Source of the DNA: an uncultured Pseudobdellovibrionaceae bacterium
Lineage (GTDB): Bacteria; Bdellovibrionota; Bdellovibrionia; Bdellovibrionales; UBA840
Direction: 5' to 3'
Length of the DNA stretch: 47,888 nt
Assembly (NCBI GenBank): GCA_964653235.1
Contig: CAZZCP010000010.1
Coordinates: 1-47,888, forward strand
The notes below the pieces were generated by a model. That model was not told the DNA's origin, did not search any database, and was given only the letters and a program-made list of their open reading frames with translations. Of the stretch, positions 28,818 through 37,269 are shown in pieces (position 1 is the stretch's first letter; each line of letters begins with the position of its first letter). The position numbers and the translations under genes are program-made.

Positions 28818-31740
28818 TTTCAAGTGCCTCCCACCAAATCTTTTGCAATTCACGCTTTTCGAGAGTTTCTTGGTTCCACTCTAATTTGTCACTTGCTGTG
28901 ACCTCTCCCAGTTTTAAAAAGTGACCAGCAAAATGTTCTTCAAATTTTTCTGGCTGATCGGTAGAAACAATGAAGCTACTTGCTGACTCACCAAAACAAA
29001 AGAGTTCGTCTTGCATTTGAATTTTTGCCCCCAATGAGCTGCCAATCAAAGATTCGACAAGTGCAACCATGGCACCACCTTCGCTGATATCATGGCATGA
29101 AACCAAAAGCTGAGCCTGTATGCTTTGAAATACTTTCTGATACAATTCTTTCGCTAGCTGCCAGTCGTAATTTGGCTTCTCATCTGTATCAATCATAAAG
29201 ACTTGGGCATATTCAGAGGCTAATAAAGTATTTGGCTTTTGACCAATCCAATAGATTTGATCTCCTGCATTTTGAAAAGCCGAACATATGCTCTTGTCCA
29301 AATCATCAACAAAGCCCATCGACGTAATCAAGAGAGTCGGGTCAACTGCAATTTGGATTTCATCACCAGCTTGGTTTTTACCAATAAAATTATTCTTCAT
29401 ACTGTCTTTACCACTAACAAAAGCTGTCTCATAAATCTGCGAGATATCATATAGGGCTTGGCAGGAGCGAACCAACTGAGCCATTCGATGTTCGGCATCT
29501 GGATTTTTATTCGAGGGTATGGGATCGGGCCAGCAAAAATTATCGAGAAGAGAAATTCTAGATGGGTCGCTGCCAACCGCTACTAGGTTACGAACGGCTT
29601 CATCAATACTCATACAGGTCATAAAATAAGTATCAAAGCTCGAGTATTGAGGTGCAAGACCGTGGGCAATACTGACTCCACCTCTACCGCCATGCAGACG
29701 ACAATCTATGACCGCAGCATCTGAGGGACCACGGTGATTGCTACCAACAAAATTTTTAATATGACTCGCTCCTTGCACTTCATGGTCATAGCGGCGCACC
29801 CATTTTTCTTTTGAAGCAATATTTGGTCTTGCTAAGAGTGTTTTCAATGAACTTGCAAGATCAGTCGCAGCTTGTTTTTTTTCTTTCGTAAACCAATCGA
29901 TTTGCTCTCTGGAGCCTTTCCAATGGGCTTTAAGATTCATTTTAGGAAGAGCATTGTGCATAAAATCAAGTGGCAAATAGGCAATGATTTGATCTTCATG
30001 CCAGACCTCAAAATATCCATGATCGGTAAACTCACCCAAAACTGTAGCTTCAACATCATACTCAGCTGCCAAGGCCAAAAAGGCATCGATTTTTTCTGGA
30101 GAGATAGCATAACTCATTCGCTCCTGACTCTCACTAATGACCTTTTCATAAAAAGCCAGTCCCAAATACTTAAGAGGGTGCTTGGCAATATCAAAACGTA
30201 TACCACCAGAGTGTTCGGCCATCTCACCAAGGCTTGAACTCACTCCTCCAGCACCATTGTCAGTGATACCAGCAATGAGATTCTGATCTCTGGCAGCCAG
30301 GGTAAAATCAAGCAGTCTTTTTTGGGTTATGGGATCACCAATCTGCACCACCCCAGCAGGTGCTCCCTCATCCAACTCCATCGAGCTAAAAGTTGCACCG
30401 TGAATTCCGTCTTTACCGAGTCTACCACCAGCGACTACAGCTTTATGTCCTGCGAGAATTTCTTTTTTGTGAGTCTCGCGTCCCTCTATCGTCTGAGGCA
30501 TCACTCCCACCGAGCCGACATAAATCAATGGTTTGCCAGAGTAATTGGATCGAAAACAAAATGAACCATTCAGTGTAGGAATTCCACTCTTGTTACCACC
30601 ATCTTCAACACCTTGATGAACCCCTTCCAAAATCACTTCGGGATCTTTAAGACCAATGGGTCTTTCGGCTTGCTCGGCATTCGGAAAGTAGCGAGGCAAG
30701 GACAGGCAAAAAACATCTATATTGGCAATCGGTTTGGCACCAATACCGGTCCCAAGAATATCTCGATTTACACCCAATATACCAGTTAAAGCTCCACCAT
30801 AAGGGTCTAAGGCAGAAGGAGAATTGTGAGTTTCAACCTTAATACAATATTGATTTTTTTCATCATAACGAACAATCCCTGCATTGTCCGAAAATACCGA
30901 AACCAGATCATCGGCCTTGCCCTTTGCTTGTAGGTCTCTCGTGGCTTTTTGAATATAGGTTTTGTAAAGACTTTGAATCTTTTTTTTACCAAGATTCTTA
31001 TCGCTATTCACTTCAGTATACTCGACATTGGCAGCAAAAATCTTATGCTTACAGTGCTCACTCCATGTCTGCGCTAAAACTTCAAGCTCTACGTCTGTGA
31101 TTTGTTCACCGATTCCTTTTTCTCGCCGAGCGGCTTTCACTTCTGGTTTTGCAAACTCAGCTTGTATGCATTTCATTTCTTCTAAACTCAAAGCCAAGAG
31201 TCTTTCTTTACTCAATTTTAAGAGATCATCATCCGAAATCTCTAATGAGAAATATTGCATCTCACTCGTACTAGGAATTTTCACCTCTTGAGGAGCAAAA
31301 TTCACTCCCTTTTCGAGAAAGTGAAGATTTTGAATTAAAGGATTGGCATAATACTCGATAAAAAAATCTTTGAGCTTCTGTTTTTTGATATCAGATTGAA
31401 ATGCAATTTTGATCCCCGTAGCAACACGAACATTTTCATAGCCTAAGAGCGCAAAAGCATCTTGAGCAGAGTGTGCAACATTATCTGTAACACCAGGAAG
31501 ATATTCAATTTGAATTTGTACATTGAGATCTAAACTTTCAGGTTCAAAGAAAATTTTTTCTGTTACCGGATCGCAAAAAACCTCAGAAAGAGCTATCTTG
31601 GGAAGCTCAGGGCTCACCCAATAGACTCGATAGATCTTCAAATCGCGAGGCTGTTCTCCAAGATCTCTTGAAAACCTTTTGGGAATGCTTTTAAAGAGTA
31701 CATCATTCGGATTGTAAATCTCGATTCTTTGCCAATTCAT
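28807..31740 (-). CDS. purL: phosphoribosylformylglycinamidine synthase subunit PurL with a fused N-terminal PurS-like domain (PurSL)
   Basis: 977 aa. The SEHCKHK motif lies near residue ~230 rather than ~50 as in 740-aa PurL. AIR-synthase-like repeats follow. There is no separate purS ORF in the cluster. Confidence 0.9.
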   Translation of the reverse strand: MNWQRIEIYNPNDVLFKSIPKRFSRDLGEQPRDLKIYRVYWVSPELPKIALSEVFCDPVTEKIFFEPESLDLNVQIQIEYLPGVTDNVAHSAQDAFALLGYENVRVATGIKIAFQSDIKKQKLKDFFIEYYANPLIQNLHFLEKGVNFAPQEVKIPSTSEMQYFSLEISDDDLLKLSKERLLALSLEEMKCIQAEFAKPEVKAARREKGIGEQITDVELEVLAQTWSEHCKHKIFAANVEYTEVNSDKNLGKKKIQSLYKTYIQKATRDLQAKGKADDLVSVFSDNAGIVRYDEKNQYCIKVETHNSPSALDPYGGALTGILGVNRDILGTGIGAKPIANIDVFCLSLPRYFPNAEQAERPIGLKDPEVILEGVHQGVEDGGNKSGIPTLNGSFCFRSNYSGKPLIYVGSVGVMPQTIEGRETHKKEILAGHKAVVAGGRLGKDGIHGATFSSMELDEGAPAGVVQIGDPITQKRLLDFTLAARDQNLIAGITDNGAGGVSSSLGEMAEHSGGIRFDIAKHPLKYLGLAFYEKVISESQERMSYAISPEKIDAFLALAAEYDVEATVLGEFTDHGYFEVWHEDQIIAYLPLDFMHNALPKMNLKAHWKGSREQIDWFTKEKKQAATDLASSLKTLLARPNIASKEKWVRRYDHEVQGASHIKNFVGSNHRGPSDAAVIDCRLHGGRGGVSIAHGLAPQYSSFDTYFMTCMSIDEAVRNLVAVGSDPSRISLLDNFCWPDPIPSNKNPDAEHRMAQLVRSCQALYDISQIYETAFVSGKDSMKNNFIGKNQAGDEIQIAVDPTLLITSMGFVDDLDKSICSAFQNAGDQIYWIGQKPNTLLASEYAQVFMIDTDEKPNYDWQLAKELYQKVFQSIQAQLLVSCHDISEGGAMVALVESLIGSSLGAKIQMQDELFCFGESASSFIVSTDQPEKFEEHFAGHFLKLGEVTASDKLEWNQETLEKRELQKIWWEALENEF

Positions 31741-32348
31741 AAATTCACTCCCTGAGTTGCAATTTCGCCCTCAGCAATCATTTGTAAAACACGCGGATAG
31801 ATTTTGTGCTCAACAGCCAAACCACGTGATTGAAAATCAACAAAACTATCATCAGGCTTTCTGACAAATCTTTCTTGTACTAGAATCTTACCCGTATCCA
31901 TTCCCTCATCTACGAAATGAACAGTAATTCCACTTTCATTATCTTGTGAAGCAAAGACCTGCTCATAAGCATTGGCTCCAGGATATTTCGGTAAAAGCGA
32001 TGGGTGAATATTTAAAATTTGAGTGCCAAAGCTATCGATAAAATTCTTGCTCAATAGCCGCATATAACCAGCAAGAAAAATCCAGTCTATCTTTAATTCA
32101 CGAAGCTTTTCTAAGACTCGCTTCTCTTGTTGAGACTTTCTTTCGCTTTGATCTATAATTTCTTTTGAAAACGAAAAGCAGTAGGCAGGAATATTATTTT
32201 CTTCAGCCAGCTTAAGAGCAAAAGCACCGGGTTTATCACTCATCAAAGCTGCAATCTCAATATTTGAAAATTCTTTTGCTTTTTCAATCAAGGCAAGAGC
32301 ATTCGAACCCCGACCAGAGGCAAAAATTGCAATTTTAATGGTACTCAA
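31737..32348 (-). CDS. purN: phosphoribosylglycinamide formyltransferase
   Basis: KIAIFASGRGSN, NIHPSLLP, VHFVDEGMDTG motifs. Start assigned to the TTG at 32348, preceded by GGAGAGG. The track's ATG at 32447 would overlap purD by 113 nt. Confidence 0.85.
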   Translation of the reverse strand: MSTIKIAIFASGRGSNALALIEKAKEFSNIEIAALMSDKPGAFALKLAEENNIPAYCFSFSKEIIDQSERKSQQEKRVLEKLRELKIDWIFLAGYMRLLSKNFIDSFGTQILNIHPSLLPKYPGANAYEQVFASQDNESGITVHFVDEGMDTGKILVQERFVRKPDDSFVDFQSRGLAVEHKIYPRVLQMIAEGEIATQGVNL

Positions 32349-33618
32349 GGTCCTCTCCAATATCAGATCGAAACTGTGCTCCTGCAAATTGAATTTTCTT
32401 GATTTCTCGGTAGGCAAGATCTTTTGCCTGTTCACGAGTCTCAGCATAAGCGCTCAAACCTAGTATTCTTCCGCCCTTAGTAATAAATTGATCGCCTTTT
32501 TTCTCTACACCCGCAAAGAAAACTTTGGTGTTTTTATCTAACTCAGATGAAATCTGAATCTCATCTCCATTTTGAATAGGACCTAAAGGATAGCCCTTAG
32601 CGGCCATAACTATATGAACTACACTTCCTGTTTTCCAACTCAAAGTTTCTTCAGTACGTTTATTAGATAGTCTTGTCTCTTTAGCTGCCTGTAAATATGC
32701 ATACAAATCAGATTTTAATAAAAACAAGATACTCTGTGCCTCTGGGTCACCAAATCGAACATTAAATTCTAATAATTTAAGGCCCTGAGGGGTTCTCATA
32801 AATCCTGCAAATAAAAAGCCCACGAAAGGGGTCTCTTGCTTTTTCATCGCATCCACTGTGTCTTGCAGAATCTTTGCAACCTCAGCTTGCTCTGAATCCT
32901 CTAGCCAATCGCAAGGAGCAAAAGTTCCCATTCCTCCAGTATTTGGGCTTTGAAGATCTTCGCTGATTCTCTTATAATCACAGGCAGTGCCAATCGGTAA
33001 TGCCGTTTGTCCATCGCAAAGAGCGAAAGCCGAAAATTCTTTTCCGGTAAGCTTTTCTTCTATCACAAAGTCGGTATCTGATTTTAAGCGCAAACACAAA
33101 TCATCCACCGCTTGCAGAGCCTTCTTTTTGGAGTCACAGACAATCACGCCTTTTCCTGAAGCGAGTCCATTGACTTTCACTGCACAAGAATGACCAATTT
33201 CAGAGTTTAGAATAAATTCTTTCGCTTCATCGGCACTGCTACAATATTTGTACTCTGCTGTAGGTAGCGATGCCATTTGCATGATTTGTTTGGCAAAGTT
33301 CTTTGATGATTCAAGCTCACTTGCTTTTTTACTTGGACCAAAAACAAAGATTCCATGTGATTCTAATGCATCTGTAATTCCATCTGCTAGATAAGCTTCT
33401 GGTCCCACAATCACCATATCGATTTTTTTCTGTAGGCAAAAGTCAGCAAGCCAATCGACATGATCTAAAGAAACATCTGCAATTTCAACTTTTTCTTCTT
33501 GAGCAATTCCAGGGTTTCCAGGAGCAATCCAAATTTTTTGAACTTCTTTCGATTGCTGTAGAGAAAAACATAGGGCATGCTCACGTCCACCACCACCGAG
33601 AACTAAAATCTGACTCAT
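32335..33618 (-). CDS. purD: phosphoribosylamine-glycine ligase
   Basis: MSQILVLGGGGREHAL start (ATG 33618, ATGA overlap with the purC stop); ATP-grasp motifs. Confidence 0.93.
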   Translation of the reverse strand: MSQILVLGGGGREHALCFSLQQSKEVQKIWIAPGNPGIAQEEKVEIADVSLDHVDWLADFCLQKKIDMVIVGPEAYLADGITDALESHGIFVFGPSKKASELESSKNFAKQIMQMASLPTAEYKYCSSADEAKEFILNSEIGHSCAVKVNGLASGKGVIVCDSKKKALQAVDDLCLRLKSDTDFVIEEKLTGKEFSAFALCDGQTALPIGTACDYKRISEDLQSPNTGGMGTFAPCDWLEDSEQAEVAKILQDTVDAMKKQETPFVGFLFAGFMRTPQGLKLLEFNVRFGDPEAQSILFLLKSDLYAYLQAAKETRLSNKRTEETLSWKTGSVVHIVMAAKGYPLGPIQNGDEIQISSELDKNTKVFFAGVEKKGDQFITKGGRILGLSAYAETREQAKDLAYREIKKIQFAGAQFRSDIGEDLEYH

Positions 33619-34775
33619 TTTCTTTCTCCCAAAAGCTGTAGGGCATCTTGATACCATTCCTGCAAACTGGGGGCAGAAGAGAAGACTTCTAGGTCAAAAA
33701 CTTTGCGATAAACAGAATTACAGAGACTACGATACATGTTTTCTATCAAGACTTTATAAGAACTTGAAAGTTCTTTGGGAAAACTTAAAAGCTCTTCTTT
33801 ACAATAAGTCATCCAATCTTGTTCTTGTCTTGATTCGACAGCAAGCTTGGCCTTTTGAATTGCTTCATACCACTTGCTTCCAACATAATATTGGCGAAGA
33901 AGCTCTTTAGAAATATGTACGCCTTTATATAATAGACGTATCTCATCGGGGCCAATGGAATCAACCAACTGAAAATTTCTATTTTCGGTAAAAGCAAATT
34001 CAAATTTTCCATCCCACAATTCAATGCCTAGATCTTGCCAAAAATCTTTCATTCGCAGAGCAAGTAGAATCTCTAAAGCTTCTAGGCTTTCGACCTCAAG
34101 AGCATCAAGACCAGCCATTTCATAGGCCTCTGATTTGATCACATAACGATCCATAGGCTCAAGCTTACTAGAGTATTCTAAAATAGGACGATCGAAAATC
34201 TGGTTCTCTTTGAGAGGCAAACTTAAACCTAGCTCACTTGCATATTCTGGTTTCTTTTCGATTCGCTTTAACAGTGAGCTGCCTTGAGGTAAACCAAAAC
34301 GAAAGATCATTTCAAGTGGAACCAGTGCATTTTTAGGTTTATCGTGATAGGAACTGTAGTCCCAATGCCAATGACCATCGAGCTTCAATCGACGAGGAGT
34401 AATAACCTGCACGGCTTGAATTTTCAAACAAGACGAAGGAGTTGATTCGTTGACTTGTTTGCCTTGTTTATCACAAAGTCCCAGTGAGTGGTGCTGAAGC
34501 CCCCTCTCTTTGAGCTCTTGATAGGTTCTTAAGATGCTCTCGCTTTGCAAAAAGGCTGTGGGAACTTGCCAATTCAGCCAATTGCCCGGCTTTTCTAAAA
34601 AAACAAAAAAAGCATGGGCCATCATTGCCAAGCACTGCCCCTTCGATTCAATTAAATCGGGCATCTCACCCCAATCAAAAATCGAATACTGATTGCTGTA
34701 GTCAAATAAAAGCTCTTTTTCAGAAAGCTGCCAAATACGTTTTACCGAACCTTCGTAAATCAACTCACCCTTCAC
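33615..34775 (-). CDS. purC: phosphoribosylaminoimidazole-succinocarboxamide synthase, long (~385 aa) form
   Basis: N-terminal ...YEGSVKRIW... and ...SIFDWG..., later ...LVDSIGPDE... SAICAR-synthase-like blocks. GTG start at 34775 overlapping the purF stop (GTGA). Longer than the 237-aa E. coli type. Confidence 0.8.
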   Translation of the reverse strand: MKGELIYEGSVKRIWQLSEKELLFDYSNQYSIFDWGEMPDLIESKGQCLAMMAHAFFVFLEKPGNWLNWQVPTAFLQSESILRTYQELKERGLQHHSLGLCDKQGKQVNESTPSSCLKIQAVQVITPRRLKLDGHWHWDYSSYHDKPKNALVPLEMIFRFGLPQGSSLLKRIEKKPEYASELGLSLPLKENQIFDRPILEYSSKLEPMDRYVIKSEAYEMAGLDALEVESLEALEILLALRMKDFWQDLGIELWDGKFEFAFTENRNFQLVDSIGPDEIRLLYKGVHISKELLRQYYVGSKWYEAIQKAKLAVESRQEQDWMTYCKEELLSFPKELSSSYKVLIENMYRSLCNSVYRKVFDLEVFSSAPSLQEWYQDALQLLGERK

Positions 34776-36190
34776 GTCTTCACCCTACCTTGCATAAACG
34801 CGTCTTTCTCAACTGGAACAGGATAAGAACCCGAGAGACAAGCATCGCATAGCTCTTCACTTTGCAGTGCTTTTCGCAGTGAAGAATGATCTTGATAGAT
34901 TACCGCATTCGCACCAACGGCATCGGCAATTTGCTCTTCATTTTTATGATGGGCAACCAATTCTTCAGAGCTAGGAAAATCTATGCCGTAATAGCAAGGA
35001 TTTAAAATCGGGGGACAAGTACTAGCAAAATAAACATCTTTGGCACCCGCATCTCGAACCAGTTGAGTCATTTTCTTTGAAGTAGTTCCTCTTACAATAC
35101 TGTCATCGACCAACAAAACATTTTTGCCTTGAACTTCTCCTTCAACAGGAGCCAGTTTTAAGCCAACCGCCAGCTTTCGATCTTCTTGCCGATTGAGAAT
35201 AAAACTTCGATGAACATAGCGATTTTTAATCAAAACTTCTCTGTAAGGTAGGCTCAAAGCTTCGGCCAAAGCAATGGCCGCGGTTCGACTGGTATCTGGT
35301 ACTGGCGCCACTACATCTGGCTTTATTTTGCCCTGTTGAATCAGTGGCTTTATTTTGGCAGCCAATTCTTGCCCCAATTGCAAACGAGCTTTGTAAACAG
35401 ATGTTTCAGAAATCACACTCTCGGCACCAGCAAAGTAAACCCATTCAAACATACAATTTCGTTTCTTGGCTTGTTTTAACTGAAAGCTGTAAAATTCCCC
35501 TTGAGGATCGATCACAATGAGCTCACCAGGCTGAACATCTCTTTGGTATTGAAATTGAGTAAAATAAAAAACCTGAGATTCAGAAGCAAAACAATAGGCA
35601 CGGTCTCTTTTGCCATACATTAAGGGGCGAATGCCATGCGGATCACGAAAGGCGATCATATAAGAGCCAATATTCGCAATTACAGAGTACGCCCCCTTCG
35701 CATCGGTCATGACCTTACTCACCGCTTTACGAATTCCTTCAGGATTGATATTTTTAAGATCTTTTACCAATTCATCGGCCAATAGATTTTGCAAAACTTC
35801 AACATCATTCTTAGTTAAAAGCGGTCGCATATACTCTTGGTTCATCTCTTGTGCCAAAGAGCTGTAATTTACTAGATTGCCATTATGAACCATACCAATG
35901 CCTCTAGCTTGATTAAGAATTAAGGGCTGGAGATCGAGCCTGCGGCTGTGACCAATCGTGGAGTAGCGTGTATGACCTATGGCAATACTTCCCTTTAAGG
36001 ACTCTAGGTTGTCTGCATGAAAAACCTGTGAAACCAGTCCCATATCTTTATGCAAATGAAATTCAGAAGAATTCGGATCAAAGCTAACAATTCCTGCTGC
36101 ATCTTGCCCCCGATGCTGAAGAGCCACAAGAGCTCGATATACTTCTTTTGAGGCAGATTCACTGCCGATGATTCCTACGACTCCACACAT
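34772..36190 (-). CDS. purF: amidophosphoribosyltransferase
   Basis: N-terminal MCGVVGI (Ntn Cys), PRPP loop VLLVDDSIVRGTT; 472 aa. Confidence 0.95.
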   Translation of the reverse strand: MCGVVGIIGSESASKEVYRALVALQHRGQDAAGIVSFDPNSSEFHLHKDMGLVSQVFHADNLESLKGSIAIGHTRYSTIGHSRRLDLQPLILNQARGIGMVHNGNLVNYSSLAQEMNQEYMRPLLTKNDVEVLQNLLADELVKDLKNINPEGIRKAVSKVMTDAKGAYSVIANIGSYMIAFRDPHGIRPLMYGKRDRAYCFASESQVFYFTQFQYQRDVQPGELIVIDPQGEFYSFQLKQAKKRNCMFEWVYFAGAESVISETSVYKARLQLGQELAAKIKPLIQQGKIKPDVVAPVPDTSRTAAIALAEALSLPYREVLIKNRYVHRSFILNRQEDRKLAVGLKLAPVEGEVQGKNVLLVDDSIVRGTTSKKMTQLVRDAGAKDVYFASTCPPILNPCYYGIDFPSSEELVAHHKNEEQIADAVGANAVIYQDHSSLRKALQSEELCDACLSGSYPVPVEKDAFMQGRVKT

Positions 36191-36203
36191 AGGGTCTCCA
36201 AAT

Positions 36204-36227
36204 GAAAAAAGCGCTCAGTGGCGCTTC
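36204..36227 (-). terminator. hairpin plus U-tract in the purF leader (candidate attenuator, or the speE operon terminator)
   Basis: The minus strand reads AAGCGC-cactga-GCGCTT followed by TTTT, ending about 13 nt before the GGAGA SD of purF. The stem is short (4 G-C plus A-U pairs). Confidence 0.35.
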
Positions 36228-36335
36228 TTAATTTACTCGCAACTCGCTAGCACTTGGGCAAAGAATATGAAAGAATTGACGAGGTAAGGGTTCATACATG
36301 CACCTATAATTTTTTGAAAGAACAAGTAGAAAAGA

Positions 36336-36363
36336 ATTTTATACACTCATACAGCGAAGTCAA
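36336..36363 (-). promoter_or_regulatory. candidate sigma-70 promoter for the pur-pyr block
   Basis: The minus strand reads TTGACT (36363-36358), a 16-nt spacer, then TAAAAT (36341-36336). It lies 48 nt downstream of the speE stop and about 145 nt upstream of the purF ATG. Confidence 0.35.
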
Positions 36364-36410
36364 GATGAAGCCCCTAGTTTTCACCAAACTACCACTTCTT
36401 TGGATATGTT

Positions 36411-37268
36411 TTAGGGGTTGTCGACCAAATCTTTGTAGTTTCGTCTCATAAATGCAGGCATGACAAAACTGGCTCGATGGATATCTGCAGAGTAATAGTC
36501 AAACTCTAGAGCTGAAGCCTGTACCCGTTCTTGATGAAAGTCTTTGATCGGACACAGGCCTTTGCTGGCCAATAAAAAAGACCAATAAGAGCCCGGATAG
36601 GTCAAATTACTGTAATTGTAGAAGTAGCGACGGGAGAAAAGCTCTTTTGTGCTCTTTAATAAACTGAGCTGCATCTCTTTATCGTAATGGGGACTCTCTG
36701 CCTGTGCGACAACAATACCTTCGGCGCTTAATATACGGTATAAGCTTTGGTAAAATTCTGCTCCAAACAAAGGAGTGGCAGGTCCAATTGGATCGGTCGA
36801 ATCAACAATCACTACATCAAACTTTTCTGTTGTTTCCTTGGCAAACTTCACACCGTCTTCAATCAAAACCTCTGCTCTAGGATCTTTCATGGCAAGGGAT
36901 GTTTGCGGGATAAATTCTCGACAGGCTTCAACTACGACTTCATCAATTTCGACCATAACTGCTTTTTCAACCGATTTGTGGCGCAAAACCTCACGAAGAG
37001 TTCCCCCGTCGCCTCCGCCAATGATTAAAACTTTTTGTGGATGTGGATGAGTAAAGAGTGGTACATGTGAAATCATATCATGATAGATAAATTCATCTCT
37101 CTCTGTAATCATTACTAAAGAATCGTTGAGAAGCATTTTTCCAAAAGATTTTGTTTGGACAATACTTACATTTTGAAACTCACTTTGTTTTTCAAACAAA
37201 ATCTTTTCGATATCATACTGCATTCTGTAGTGGTCTTTGAGTCGCTCTTCGACAAAATAGTCAGCCAT
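36411..37268 (-). CDS. speE: spermidine synthase (aminopropyltransferase)
   Basis: ...LLNDSLVMITERDEFIYHDM..., IIGGGDGGTLREV, VVIVDSTDPIGP motifs; 285 aa. Confidence 0.92.
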   Translation of the reverse strand: MADYFVEERLKDHYRMQYDIEKILFEKQSEFQNVSIVQTKSFGKMLLNDSLVMITERDEFIYHDMISHVPLFTHPHPQKVLIIGGGDGGTLREVLRHKSVEKAVMVEIDEVVVEACREFIPQTSLAMKDPRAEVLIEDGVKFAKETTEKFDVVIVDSTDPIGPATPLFGAEFYQSLYRILSAEGIVVAQAESPHYDKEMQLSLLKSTKELFSRRYFYNYSNLTYPGSYWSFLLASKGLCPIKDFHQERVQASALEFDYYSADIHRASFVMPAFMRRNYKDLVDNP

Positions 37269-37269
37269 T

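Noticed and set aside
36254-36451. 65-aa plus-strand ORF, and a 23-codon minus-strand ORF (MYEPLPRQFFHILCPSASELRVN), in the speE-purF spacer as possible leader peptides
   Set aside because: The plus-strand ORF runs into the 3' end of speE in antisense. The minus-strand one has no usable SD and no run of regulatory codons. Both are treated as chance ORFs within the leader.
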